DNA of 64,000 nt from an uncultured Faecalibaculum sp. (GCF_910588395.1 NZ_CAJUPA010000004.1:18088-82087); one strand, 5' to 3'; shown: positions 20,505 through 30,892, counted from the first letter of the stretch. The notes: generated from the sequence alone by a model not told the origin. A program made the numbers and translations.

Positions 20505-22230
20505 CTATTTGCGTTTTTTTCTGCGCAGCAGAGCGCCTGCTGCCAGGGCAATGGCAGAAAGGATCAGGAATCCGCCAAATACACCGGCTTGTGTATAGTC
20601 TGCTGTATCCACCGGCTGCCTGTTCCTGCCCTCCCGGTAAGGTACAGCATCCAGAGCTCTGACAGATGCCGGATCCAGCGGCATATCTTTGAGCGCAACC
20701 ACCTTGTCGGCCGTGTTCTGCGACTGGCTGTCATCAGAAGACTGCGCACTCTCTGGTTTCAGCACCAGAACACTGGCTGTCTCATCCTTCACGACTTCCA
20801 GCTGATACTGGACAATGACCGGCTTGCCGTTTCTGCCGGCTGATTCAAACCGCAGCTCACCGGAGGTGACCACGGGAATCGTCAGCCTGGTGCCTGCAGG
20901 CGCAGAGGTATCCAGTCCATTCAGCGTCACCGTGAGTCCTCTGGCTGCCTGAGCCAGGGCTGTACGGAGATCTGCCAGGGTACTGATCCGGTCCGGATCC
21001 AGCGACATTCTCACGGTAATGCCATCCGGAGTCCGGACAGTTCCCTGATACCGGAAGTATCCCCCTCCGGTTCCTTCAATGCTGCCGAAAGCCCGGGCAT
21101 TATTCACATTCACACCCTGGGGAATCGCAATATATGTTTCCAGAAACATGTTCTGCAGACTAAAGGGGAAGGCACCGGATTCCCGGAGTCCATACTTCTC
21201 AGCCAGCGCGTTCACTTCTTTCTGCAGCCCCTGCACATCCACAGCTGCCCGGACAGTGAATTCCCAACCGGCTTCTGTCTGATACCTGTTGCCGGGCTTT
21301 GTGTTTTCCACCGAACCAGTGGTATTCTCCGGCACTGTCCTGCTGATGACCTCCGGCTCGATTGTTTTCACCGTGGCTTTCAGGCTGCGTTTTGCTGTTT
21401 CCGGTACACCCTGGAATGTCAGGTCAAAGGCGAAGGGGGCGCCGGTGCTGGATACAGCGGCAGCCTTCAGAGAACCACGCAGCGATCCGCTGAATGTATA
21501 TGTCTGCTCCGGGGCATCATCGGCAATGGAAAAGCCGTCCAGTTTCAGACTCAGCAGGCCATCTGTCTGATTCGTAATATCCCTCAGATCTCTGAGCGTT
21601 TTCACCTGCCTGTTCAGGGTCAGCTTCGCTGTCACATTGTCATCTTTCAGGGTGACCGATTCCACCCGGAAAGCAAGGGTCAGCTTCGCTGTCACATTGT
21701 CATCTTTCAGGGTGACCGATTCCACCCGGAAAGCATCGGATCCGGTGAAGACCGGTTTTCCGGTTTCCGTCCACACAGCGCCTTCCGGCAGCTGGAAGAC
21801 CGCTGTGAAGGTCAGGTCCTCCACATTCACCGGAATGCTGGCAGGATCGCTGCTGGCTGTGTGGTACTGAGCAATGAGTTCCGAAAGCTGTGTCCGGATG
21901 GCGGACGCATCCATCGTGCCTGTCAGAGCAAACTGTTCTCCTTTTGTTTTGCCGTTTCATAGACCGTTCCCGGTTCGGCGGTTCCGGCGCTGATCCAGGA
22001 AGGATTGTCCAGAGAAAGCCGCACCGGGTGGTTCACCATGACCCCGGCTGTCAGACTGCCTGTATCAGCTGTACCGGTGCCGCTGAATCCCAGATCCAGT
22101 GTCACCGGAATGCCCTGGCCGGTGGTGGCGCTGGCTGTCATGGTCCCCGAGACAGAGCCATTGACGGTATACAGCTTCGCCTGTTCCGTCTGGACAGGTA
22201 CCCGGGCTGCATTCCCGGCGGATCCGGTCT
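20505..22230 (-). pseudogene. 5'-truncated, frameshifted cell-wall-anchored surface protein with repeated beta-rich domains (5' limit approximate)
   Basis: C-terminal PVDTA-hydrophobic-RRKKRK sorting signal; no signal peptide; ORFs 20505-21914 and 21923-22393 join if one copy of a 5-bp duplication is removed. Confidence 0.7.
21616..21735. repeat. 60-bp perfect in-frame tandem duplication
   Basis: Encodes AFRVESVTLKDDNVTAKLTL twice. Confidence 0.97.
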
Positions 22231-22330
22231 GAAGGCAATTCTTCTCATCCTGCACCGCCGGTTTTCCCCTGAACCACCTTCCGGGATTTATCCGGACAGA
22301 GGCTGCGGCTTCCCATGGTAAAATACAGGT

Positions 22331-24454
22331 ATGGAAGAGAAACGATACCCATTCACGCAGAACCGGGAAATCTCCTGGCTGCGTTTCAATCAAAGAGTTC
22401 TGGAAGAAGCCTCGGACCCCAGAGTCCCCCTGCTGGAACGGCTGAAGTTCCTGTCAATTTTCACCAGCAATCTGGATGAATTTTTCATGGTCCGCTGCGG
22501 ATCTCTGTATGATCAGATGCTGTTTGATCCGGATCGCACAGACGCCAAAAGCGGCATGACTCCCAAAGAACAGCTGCAGGCCATCTACAAGGATGCCAGA
22601 CGGCTGTATGCCATGCGGGACACAGTCTACAAAGACATCAACAAAACCCTGCAGGCTCTGTTTCTGGCCAATGTCTCCCGGAAAAACCTCAGCCGGAAAC
22701 AGCAGAAATCCCTGCAGCAGGAATTCGAGCACAAGATCCTGCCGCTGCTCTCGCCGCAGATCATTGACGCCCATCACCCCTTCCCCCATCTGATCAACAA
22801 AGAACAGTACATCTTCTGCGAACTCCAGATGACCAATGGAAAGAAGCGGTTCGGGATCATTCCCGTTCCCTCCTTTCTGGACCGGGTGATCCCTGTACCG
22901 GATACCAGCGACAACTACATCCTCGTGGAACAGCTGATTCTGCAGCATGTGGACAAAGTGTTCCCCAAATCCCGGGTCCTGTTCAAGACCATCATCCGGG
23001 TCACCCGGAACGCAGACATCAACCTGAATGAGAAGGACATCGAGGAAGACGAAGACTACCGGCAGTACATGAAGAAGATCCTCAAGAAACGCAGCCGGCT
23101 CTCGGCCATCCGTCTGGAGCTCTACAAAGGCGCCAGTCCGGAAGTGCTGTCCTATCTCTGTTCCCATCTGCGGATCTCGCCGGAGCAGGTGTTTGTCTCC
23201 CGGGTTCCCCTGGAACTCAAGCATCTGTTCCAGGTCGTCTCCGGCGCCCCCGCCAGCCGCACCGCACCTCTGCTCTATCAGCCCTTTGTGCCGCAGTCCA
23301 CTACGCAGCTGGACCCAGACCGGCCGCTCATTCCACAGATCGCCGCCCGGGATGTGATGCTGTTTTATCCGTATCAGGACATCGGTCTGTATCTGAAGCT
23401 GCTGAAGGAAGCTGCCTGGGACAAAAACGTAGTGTCCATCAAGATCACCATTTACCGCCTGGCGGACAATTCCAAAGTCGTGGACTACCTGGTTCAGGCA
23501 GCGGAAAACGGCAAGGAGGTTCTGGTGCTCATGGAACTGCGAGCCCGGTTCGACGAATCCAACAACATCCGCATGGCAGAACGGCTGGAAAACGCCGGCT
23601 GCACCGTGATTTACGGATTTGAAAACTACAAAGTGCACTCCAAGATCTGCCTGATCACCTACCGCAGCCACGGACAGATCAGAACCATCACCCAGATCGG
23701 GACAGGAAACTACAACGAGAAAACCAGCCGGCAGTACACAGACCTGTCTCTCATGACCGGCGATCCCGTCATCGGGCAGGACGCCATCGCCTTTTTCCAG
23801 AACATGCAGATTTCCAACCTCAACGGTGCCTACCGGAAACTGCTCACCAGCCCGCAGCAGCTGAAAACCGCGGTGATGGAAAAAATCGACCGGCAGATCC
23901 AGCGGGCAAAAGAAGGACAACCAGCACGGATCATGCTGAAAATGAATTCCGTCACAGATCTGGAGCTCATTGAAAAGCTGCAGCAGGCCAGTCAGGCAGG
24001 CGTTCCCGTCACCATGGTAGTCCGGGGCATCTGCTGCCTGCTGCCGGGAATTGAAGGCCAGACAGAAAACATCCGAATTTACTCCATCGTCGGCCGCTTC
24101 CTGGAACATTCCCGGATCTATGTCTTTGGACCGGATGAGGACATGGAGATGTATATTTCCAGCGCAGACTTCATGACCCGGAACACAGAACGCCGGGTGG
24201 AAATCGCCGCTCCGGTGACCGATCCCGCCCTTCGCCGCCGTGTCATGACCTACTTCGATTCCCTGCTCAAGGACAACCAGAAACGCCGGGAACTGAAATC
24301 AGACGGACGGTATCTTCCCATTGACCTGGAAGACAACAGTCCCTATGACTCCCAGGCCGTCTGCATCCGGGAAGCGGAAAAAGACCGGTTCGTACCGGAA
24401 GTTCCCCGGGGATTCATGCAGAGACTGCGGAACCGTCTTCGTCATCAAAGCTGA
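22331..24454 (+). CDS. ppk1: Polyphosphate kinase 1
   Basis: NREISWLRFNQRVL, NLDEFFMVR, ELRARFDE, KVHSK, GTGNYN, RFLEHSR. Confidence 0.97.
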   Translation: MEEKRYPFTQNREISWLRFNQRVLEEASDPRVPLLERLKFLSIFTSNLDEFFMVRCGSLYDQMLFDPDRTDAKSGMTPKEQLQAIYKDARRLYAMRDTVYKDINKTLQALFLANVSRKNLSRKQQKSLQQEFEHKILPLLSPQIIDAHHPFPHLINKEQYIFCELQMTNGKKRFGIIPVPSFLDRVIPVPDTSDNYILVEQLILQHVDKVFPKSRVLFKTIIRVTRNADINLNEKDIEEDEDYRQYMKKILKKRSRLSAIRLELYKGASPEVLSYLCSHLRISPEQVFVSRVPLELKHLFQVVSGAPASRTAPLLYQPFVPQSTTQLDPDRPLIPQIAARDVMLFYPYQDIGLYLKLLKEAAWDKNVVSIKITIYRLADNSKVVDYLVQAAENGKEVLVLMELRARFDESNNIRMAERLENAGCTVIYGFENYKVHSKICLITYRSHGQIRTITQIGTGNYNEKTSRQYTDLSLMTGDPVIGQDAIAFFQNMQISNLNGAYRKLLTSPQQLKTAVMEKIDRQIQRAKEGQPARIMLKMNSVTDLELIEKLQQASQAGVPVTMVVRGICCLLPGIEGQTENIRIYSIVGRFLEHSRIYVFGPDEDMEMYISSADFMTRNTERRVEIAAPVTDPALRRRVMTYFDSLLKDNQKRRELKSDGRYLPIDLEDNSPYDSQAVCIREAEKDRFVPEVPRGFMQRLRNRLRHQS

Positions 24455-24513
24455 TAGTCCCATTCTGACTGTATTACGGGAGAGCGGACGCTCTCCCTGT
24501 TTCTGTTCCTGCC

Positions 24514-24542
24514 GATGACGGCAAAGCCGGCAGGGCGTTACA
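24514..24542. repeat. Left copy of a 29-bp direct repeat flanking the PTS operon
   Basis: GATGACGGCAAAGCCGGCAGGGCGTTACA; 28/29 identical to 29559-29587. Confidence 0.9.
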
Positions 24543-24633
24543 GCCGGAATCTTCAGTCAAAAAGCATCCTGACTTCTGCCATCAGCAGAAGAACGGGATG
24601 CTTGTTTCATGATTCGATTGTCCAGAATTTCAT

Positions 24634-25332
24634 TCAGCCACGCTGGCCGTAATAGGCCTCCGGACCATGTTTGCGCCGGAAGTGCTTATCCAGCAGAACA
24701 GCCGGCGCCTGTGCGGCATCGCCATTCACCAGATAAGTCAGGGCTGCCATTTTCGCTGCTTCCTCCAGCACTGCTGCATGATACACCGCTTCCGCTGCAT
24801 CTCTGCCCCAGGTGAAAGGACCGTGATTTTTCACCAGCACTGCCGGTGTATGCGGGAAGGAAATGTGTCTGTCCCGAAAGGTCCGGACAATCACATCTCC
24901 GGTATGCCGTTCGTACTCAGACTGAACTTCTGCCACCTGCATATCCGGGGTACAGGGAACCGGACCATGAAAGTAATCCGCATGGGTGGTTCCCAGAGGT
25001 TCCAGGTCCTTCCCCGCCTGGGCAAAAGCCACCGCCCAGGGAGAATGGGTGTGAACCACTCCGCCAATTTCCGGATCCGCAGCATACAGTGCCAGATGAG
25101 TGGGAAGATCCGAGCTGGGACGCAGATTTCCTTCCACCACATTTCCCTCCAGATCCGTAATCACCATGTCCTCCGGGCGCATCGTTTCATAGAGAACGCC
25201 ACTGGGTTTGATCACCACCAGACCGGACTGGCGGTCAATGGCTGATACATTCCCCCAGGTGAACAGAACAAGTCCCAGATCATTCAGACGCAGATTCTGT
25301 TCCCAGACCTTCTGTCTGAGTTCCTCAAGCAT
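24634..25332 (-). CDS. araD: L-ribulose-5-phosphate 4-epimerase (AraD/UlaF family)
   Basis: FTWGNVS, IKPSGV, PSSDLPTH, VHTHS, THADYF, NHGPFTWG, RKHG..AYYGQ. Confidence 0.93.
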   Translation of the reverse strand: MLEELRQKVWEQNLRLNDLGLVLFTWGNVSAIDRQSGLVVIKPSGVLYETMRPEDMVITDLEGNVVEGNLRPSSDLPTHLALYAADPEIGGVVHTHSPWAVAFAQAGKDLEPLGTTHADYFHGPVPCTPDMQVAEVQSEYERHTGDVIVRTFRDRHISFPHTPAVLVKNHGPFTWGRDAAEAVYHAAVLEEAAKMAALTYLVNGDAAQAPAVLLDKHFRRKHGPEAYYGQRG

Positions 25333-26821
25333 CCTGCAGCCCCGACTGGATATCTGTTTCTTCCATGGCATTCTGCACAGCCGCTGTTTTCGCGCGGCGA
25401 GCCGCTCTGCGGGCTGCCCGCTGCTGCTGCTTCTCGGCTTCCTGTGCCTGTTCCAGCTTTTCCTCTTCCAGAATTTTCTTCCGGTTCCAGATCGCCAGCG
25501 CAATGGTACCAGCCACGATCAGGCCCACCCAGAGCCAGCCGTTGTTGACTGCCTGCACCAGCAGCCAGGGAATGGGATTGGATCCATAGTCGATGCTGGA
25601 GATCAGTGTCGCGCCATCGGGGATCGGGAAATGGCTGGCTGCAGCCGCGCTGGTAAACAGCGGTGCCAGACTGGTGCCAATCATCAGCCCCACCCCCATG
25701 ACCACGATGCCAATAAGGAACGTTCGGAAGAAATCGCCTTTTGTCACTGCCACAATCAGCGGGAACTGGAAGCAGATCCCGCACAGTCCCACCAGAGGCA
25801 GGAACTCATTCCCCGGCAGAATGATTGCCAGCAGCAGCGTAATGGGAACCATGATTACCGACATTGCCAGAACCACCGGATGACCGATCCCTGCGGCGCA
25901 ATCCAGACCAATATAGACTTTTCGTCCGGCGAATTTTTTCTGGATGATCGTCTGAATACCCTCGGACACCGGAATGATGCCCTCCATCAGGATCGCAGCC
26001 ATTTTCGGTGTGATCACCAGCACAGCAGAGACCGTGACACCCATGACCAGGATCTGGGCCACCTTATCCGATGTGGACAGCTCCGGCATGAAGGCGAAAC
26101 CGGCCACACCCAGAACCAGGCCCACGATCAGCCCCAGAATCGCCGGATCCCCGAAGAGCCCCATCTTTTTGTTGATGGTCTTCTCATCCAGATGGATTTT
26201 GTTCAGACCAGGCACTTTGTCAATGGCCTTGTCCATGACCCAGGCAATGGGCACAAAGGAAGCTGCCAGACCATGCGGGAACGTGACACCAGGCAGACCC
26301 AGCACTTCTTCGGTGGCTTTGGCCATGCGGTCGGCAATCACCATGATGACAACCATGTTCACAGAAGCAAGCACCAGAGACAGCACCATGTTGTGGGTCA
26401 GGGCATAGACGATGGAACCGGAGAAGGCAAAGTGCCAGAAATCCCAGATATCCACATCCACGGTTTTTGTGGTCTTGGTCAGCAGCATGACCACATTGAT
26501 CAGAATCCCCAGAGGAATCATTGTCACTCCAACGGCTGTACCGAAGGCAATAGCAGAGGCGCTGGGCCATCCGACATCGATCACAGTCAGATTCAGGCCG
26601 AAGAGTTCCACCATGTTGTTGACAGCAGGCTGAACCACATCTGTCAGGATGGTGACTGTGGCATTCAGACCAATGAAGCCGATGCCTACCAGCAGGCCAC
26701 CTTTGAGGGCCCGCAGGAACGGAACCCGGATGCACAGGCCAATGATCAGCATGATGATTGGCATCATGACTGTGGGCCCCAGATCAATGATGAACTGAAT
26801 TGCGTTTGTAATGACTGACAT
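25325..26821 (-). CDS. PTS galactitol-family EIIC
   Basis: IDVGWPSASAIAF, VDIWDFWH, YIGLD..GIGHP, LPGNEFLP. Confidence 0.92.
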   Translation of the reverse strand: MSVITNAIQFIIDLGPTVMMPIIMLIIGLCIRVPFLRALKGGLLVGIGFIGLNATVTILTDVVQPAVNNMVELFGLNLTVIDVGWPSASAIAFGTAVGVTMIPLGILINVVMLLTKTTKTVDVDIWDFWHFAFSGSIVYALTHNMVLSLVLASVNMVVIMVIADRMAKATEEVLGLPGVTFPHGLAASFVPIAWVMDKAIDKVPGLNKIHLDEKTINKKMGLFGDPAILGLIVGLVLGVAGFAFMPELSTSDKVAQILVMGVTVSAVLVITPKMAAILMEGIIPVSEGIQTIIQKKFAGRKVYIGLDCAAGIGHPVVLAMSVIMVPITLLLAIILPGNEFLPLVGLCGICFQFPLIVAVTKGDFFRTFLIGIVVMGVGLMIGTSLAPLFTSAAAASHFPIPDGATLISSIDYGSNPIPWLLVQAVNNGWLWVGLIVAGTIALAIWNRKKILEEEKLEQAQEAEKQQQRAARRAARRAKTAAVQNAMEETDIQSGLQDA

Positions 26822-26842
26822 ATCTACTCTCCTTATCTATTG

Positions 26843-27298
26843 TCAATGACTGCCTGTGCAGGTATCCAGCAGCCTGGCGATCACTTCGGGATCCTTCTCC
26901 TGGCTGAGCCGATCCATCAGACCGGCATCCGAGAACCGGGACATAAGACCGGACAGCAGGGGCATCTGATCCTGCTTGTTTTTCACCAGCAGCATGAAAA
27001 TCATTTCAGCTTCCACCGGTGAACCGGTACACATTTCCAGAAACTGCAGCGGACGGCTGGGGCGGACAAATACCAGACCGGGTTTTTTGATGAATTCACT
27101 GTCTGTATGCGGAATAGCCAGCTGATGGCCGGGAATCCGCAGCCCAGTGGGAAACTGCTCCTCACGCTGGCGCAGGGCACTCTGGTACTGTTCATTCACA
27201 TAGCCGTGTTTCTCCAGCCAGGCAGCCATTTTATGAAACAGATCATCCTGATTCTGGAAATCCGCATCCAGAAATACGAGACTGGCATCCATGATCAC
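26843..27298 (-). CDS. PTS galactitol-family EIIA
   Basis: REEQFPTGL, AIPHTD. Confidence 0.92.
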   Translation of the reverse strand: MIMDASLVFLDADFQNQDDLFHKMAAWLEKHGYVNEQYQSALRQREEQFPTGLRIPGHQLAIPHTDSEFIKKPGLVFVRPSRPLQFLEMCTGSPVEAEMIFMLLVKNKQDQMPLLSGLMSRFSDAGLMDRLSQEKDPEVIARLLDTCTGSH

Positions 27299-27582
27299 AG
27301 CCCCAGGACATCCAGAATTTCATCCACGCAGTCATCCATCCCAATCTGCGTAATAAAGGGCAGGCCGAAGACCACAGGAGTGCCGTAATCCGCTTCCACC
27401 CGGGAAGTGGTGACCACCACATCGTAGCTGGCGGCATTCATGGGCAGATCCGCCACAGAACACTGACCATAGGTGACCTGGTTTTCCAGACCTTCTTCTG
27501 CCAGTTTGGCCTGCAGTTTCTGAAGAGCCACAGTACTGGTGCAGACGCCTGCTCCGCAGGCTACAAGAATTTTCTTTTTCAT
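27295..27582 (-). CDS. PTS galactitol-family EIIB
   Basis: ILVACGAGVCTSTV. Confidence 0.92.
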   Translation of the reverse strand: MKKKILVACGAGVCTSTVALQKLQAKLAEEGLENQVTYGQCSVADLPMNAASYDVVVTTSRVEADYGTPVVFGLPFITQIGMDDCVDEILDVLGL

Positions 27583-29456
27583 CCTATTTCCTCCTTGGTA
27601 AAGGCATCCTTCAACAGGTCCAGATGCCTGGTTTGTATCAGATTCCGGATCATGGCCGGCGAAGCCAGCTGTTTGTAGAGCCGGAGAAATAATTCATTTT
27701 CCTTTCGCAGGAATTCACCGCTGACTGCAATCATGAGGACCACCTGAACCAGGCTGAATTCCCAGAGAACAGGTTCGCTCAGGATTGCCACAGCAATAGC
27801 CGGTGTGTGGACCGTTCCCTCCATACAATGAGGCACGGCCACCATATTTCCGATTTCCGTCGTTCCCAGTGTCTCCCGCGTTGCGAAAGATGCACAGGCT
27901 GTGCTGTCTATATATCCCTGAGAGAGCAGCTGATCCGAGAGAAAGTCCAGAATGTCGCTGCGGTCTGTGAAATTCAGATCCCGGAAAAAGAGACCGTCGT
28001 GAAACAGCGACTGGATCGATATCGGAAACCTGACTCTCTGCAGGTGATTCTGAATCCGAAAGACATCGCTGTCCGTCAGCAGTGGCGTAATCTGCAGCCA
28101 TGGCAGCCTGACTGTCTCCGGAAGCCGCACGGTGGACAGAATCACATCCGCATCCTCTGCAGACAGCTCCAGTGCCTGCCGCAGGGTAAAAGTACCGGTC
28201 ACATCCAGGTCATCCCCGAACTGCTCGCTGATCCTCGCCAGCAGCAAAAGGCTGGTCCCCATTCCTGTTGTGCAGACTACAGCTGCTTTTTTCCGGCGGG
28301 TATGATGTTTGCTGGAACGAACCAGTGATCCCCCAATATGGACAGCCAGATAGCCAATCTCCGACAGGGGTATCGGGCAGCCCAGCATATCCTGGAGCTG
28401 AACCGCAGCCAGCTGGGCAATTTCCATGGCATAGGGATACTGACTCCGAATCTCCTTCAGGATCGGATTGTCGATCACCATGTCATGCCGCAGCCGAACC
28501 AGGACCACGGACAGATGCGCTGCAAGACCCGCTGCCAGAACAGAATCCCGGGCCAGGCTTGTTCCGTAGATCCGGTCGACAGCCACCATGGTTTCCTGCA
28601 CCGCAGAAATGAGCATCCGTTTCTGTTCCTCGTCTTCATGCAGGACACCGGACTGTTTCTGCGCTGCAATATGCCAGGCAAGATTTTCGGTTTCACCAGG
28701 CGGGAAATCCAGAGACCATGCACTGGCTACTGCCTCAGTCAGATCAGCCGCCAGCTGCCAGAGATAGGCTGGTGTGGTTCCGGTGTTTTCCAGTACCTGC
28801 CCGTTGCGAATCCGGTAACCGGCAATTTCCAGATGCAGCAGAAGATTCTGCATCGCTGCTTCATCCATGGTCAGGTCCGCCTGATCCACCATATTCTGAA
28901 TCGCCTGCCTGGCACAGGATACCTGGCTGGCATCCATCCCAAAATCGGGGCGGATCCGGCCCGCGCGCATCCAGTACATCAGGCAGTTGCGAATCTGTTC
29001 CTCCGGTCCTTCCAGACGCAGACCGCTGCTGCATCGTTCCAGTGACAGTTGAAATGGTTTCAGTTTGTTTTTCAGAACACTCAAATCGTGTTTGATTGTG
29101 GATTCGCTGATATACAGCCGGTCAGCCAGAGACTGCAGCGTGGCTTTTCCGTTCATGAGAAACCAGCTTGCCAGCCAGTCTACCCTTTCCGACTGTGTCT
29201 CGGGAATCCCTGTCTGCAACGCAGACATTACGTCTTCCGCATCTCGGGAGAGACCTTGCAGGATGCACATTCCTTTGTGAAGTTCAACCTTGCAGTCCGT
29301 ATCCTGCAGGATTTGATTGAGCCGGGTCAGATCTCTGCGGACAGTTTTTTCAGACACATCCAAAGCCGCTGCCGCTGCGTCCAGCCGCAGCGGTTTCTGT
29401 GTCTCAATCAGCAGTTTCCACAACCCGGTGATCCGGTTCTCCGGTTGACTTTTCAT
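27579..29456 (-). CDS. PRD-containing transcriptional regulator (LicR/MtlR/BglG family)
   Basis: HTH (VSEKTVRRDL), Mga-like HTH, two PRDs, EIIB (VCTTGMGTS) and EIIA (VAVPH) domains; GGAGG RBS. Confidence 0.92.
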   Translation of the reverse strand: MKSQPENRITGLWKLLIETQKPLRLDAAAAALDVSEKTVRRDLTRLNQILQDTDCKVELHKGMCILQGLSRDAEDVMSALQTGIPETQSERVDWLASWFLMNGKATLQSLADRLYISESTIKHDLSVLKNKLKPFQLSLERCSSGLRLEGPEEQIRNCLMYWMRAGRIRPDFGMDASQVSCARQAIQNMVDQADLTMDEAAMQNLLLHLEIAGYRIRNGQVLENTGTTPAYLWQLAADLTEAVASAWSLDFPPGETENLAWHIAAQKQSGVLHEDEEQKRMLISAVQETMVAVDRIYGTSLARDSVLAAGLAAHLSVVLVRLRHDMVIDNPILKEIRSQYPYAMEIAQLAAVQLQDMLGCPIPLSEIGYLAVHIGGSLVRSSKHHTRRKKAAVVCTTGMGTSLLLLARISEQFGDDLDVTGTFTLRQALELSAEDADVILSTVRLPETVRLPWLQITPLLTDSDVFRIQNHLQRVRFPISIQSLFHDGLFFRDLNFTDRSDILDFLSDQLLSQGYIDSTACASFATRETLGTTEIGNMVAVPHCMEGTVHTPAIAVAILSEPVLWEFSLVQVVLMIAVSGEFLRKENELFLRLYKQLASPAMIRNLIQTRHLDLLKDAFTKEEIG

Positions 29457-29489
29457 CCTGTAACCTCCTTCGACACCTGAATTATCACA

Positions 29490-29503
29490 GGAAATCGCTT
29501 TCA
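29490..29503 (-). promoter_or_regulatory. cre-like site in the PTS operon promoter
   Basis: TGAAAGCGATTTCC adjacent to TG-T-GATAAT. Confidence 0.55.
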
Positions 29504-29558
29504 AAAACAGTCATGTTTTGTCTGTCTCCCGGGACAATCTCTGTCCTTCCCCAGGCCT

Positions 29559-29587
29559 GATAACGGCAAAGCCGGCAGGGCGTTACA
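29559..29587. repeat. Right copy of the 29-bp direct repeat
   Basis: GATAACGGCAAAGCCGGCAGGGCGTTACA. Confidence 0.9.
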
Positions 29588-29647
29588 TGGAAAGCCCTCA
29601 GGCGGCTCCAGACGAAAAAAGAGACCCCGAAGGTCTCCTGTGCTGTG

Positions 29648-30385
29648 TCATATTGAGCAACGCATGAAATCCGGCTGTTTATGAAGACAGCGGACAATCG
29701 ACGGCAGTTCGTCCAGCCGGGAGAAAGCCGCCTGCGGCAGATCATCCCTGCGAAACCAGAGCGTCTGCATACCGGCATTCTTTGCACCGGTGATATCTGC
29801 TGTATACGAATCCCCCACCATGAGCACTTGCTCCGGTACAAGATCTGGATGGGACTGATGAAGCTGGTCCATGACATACTGATAAAACCGGATATCCGGT
29901 TTGTTGACACCCGCGGCTTCCGAGGTGAAGACACCATCCAGCCACCGGGACAGACCAGCCAGTTCGAGTCTGGTTTCCTGCTGTTTCTGACGGCCGTTGC
30001 TGGCGGCATACACACCGTATCTGGCGGACTTCAGAGCCTGCACGGTCTGAAGCGCACCTTCGACCGGCACATGGGTAACATCCAGTGCCTGGTGAAAGGC
30101 TGTTTCGAAAGCCGGTCCATTTCCCTGGATGCCAAGTCTGTCGAAAATGCTCTGCCAGCGGATTTCCCATAACTCCTGGAGCGTCAGCGTCCCCGCTTCG
30201 ATCCGGGCCCAGAAGCCGGCGTTCATCTCCTGAAAGGTGGCAAAAAGCTCCTCTGTCCAGGGAATGCCTGTCTGATGGCAGGCGCTCTGAACCGCTTCTC
30301 TGGAACAGGCACCAAAATCCAGCAGAGTGTCATCCACATCCAGCAGAATGACACGAACCTTCTGCAGCTGGTTTGTTTCTGTCAT
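29648..30385 (-). CDS. YjjG-like HAD nucleotidase
   Basis: DVDDTLLDF, SNG, KP, MVGDSYTADI motifs. Confidence 0.9.
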   Translation of the reverse strand: MTETNQLQKVRVILLDVDDTLLDFGACSREAVQSACHQTGIPWTEELFATFQEMNAGFWARIEAGTLTLQELWEIRWQSIFDRLGIQGNGPAFETAFHQALDVTHVPVEGALQTVQALKSARYGVYAASNGRQKQQETRLELAGLSRWLDGVFTSEAAGVNKPDIRFYQYVMDQLHQSHPDLVPEQVLMVGDSYTADITGAKNAGMQTLWFRRDDLPQAAFSRLDELPSIVRCLHKQPDFMRCSI

Positions 30386-30394
30386 GCAGGAAGC

Positions 30395-30892
30395 TTACAT
30401 CAGCTCCTGAATCCAGTCGATGGCTTTCAGACTGGCGTTGTCCAGCTTGTTGTGCTCAAAAGCTTCTCCGTCTTCGATATCCAGTTCCGGATAGTGGGTC
30501 CGGAGATCATCCACAGAGTTCTGCATGCCGGCTCCGTCATTGATGATGAAGGGAATGATCCGTTTGCCGATCAGAGAACCGTCTTTCATGTGTTCATCCA
30601 TGAAGGAGAAAACGGGCATGGGAGCTGTGCCGCACCAGTTCGGGAATCCCAGAATCACTGTACGGTAGGGTGTCAGATCAATGGCAGGACCGGCCAGGGC
30701 AGGTCTTGCATCTGCATCCTTGTCCATCTGGGCTTCCTTCACCAGCGTGGCAAAGTCTGCGGAATAGGGATTCTGAAGTTTGATTTCATGCAGGTCTGCA
30801 CCGGTCACACTGGCCAGGTTGCGGGCTGCGTCTGCTGTGGCGGATGTCTTTGCATCCTTGCCGGAAAAATAAACAACGAGCGTATCGTTCAT
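30395..30892 (-). CDS. Flavodoxin-like protein
   Basis: LVVYFS, ARPAL, LGFPNWCGTAPMPV. Confidence 0.85.
   Translation of the reverse strand: MNDTLVVYFSGKDAKTSATADAARNLASVTGADLHEIKLQNPYSADFATLVKEAQMDKDADARPALAGPAIDLTPYRTVILGFPNWCGTAPMPVFSFMDEHMKDGSLIGKRIIPFIINDGAGMQNSVDDLRTHYPELDIEDGEAFEHNKLDNASLKAIDWIQELM

Noticed and set aside
29559..29612. c-di-GMP-I riboswitch (GGCAAA...)
   Set aside because: It lacks the GNRA-capped P2 and the second stem, and is better explained as a direct repeat
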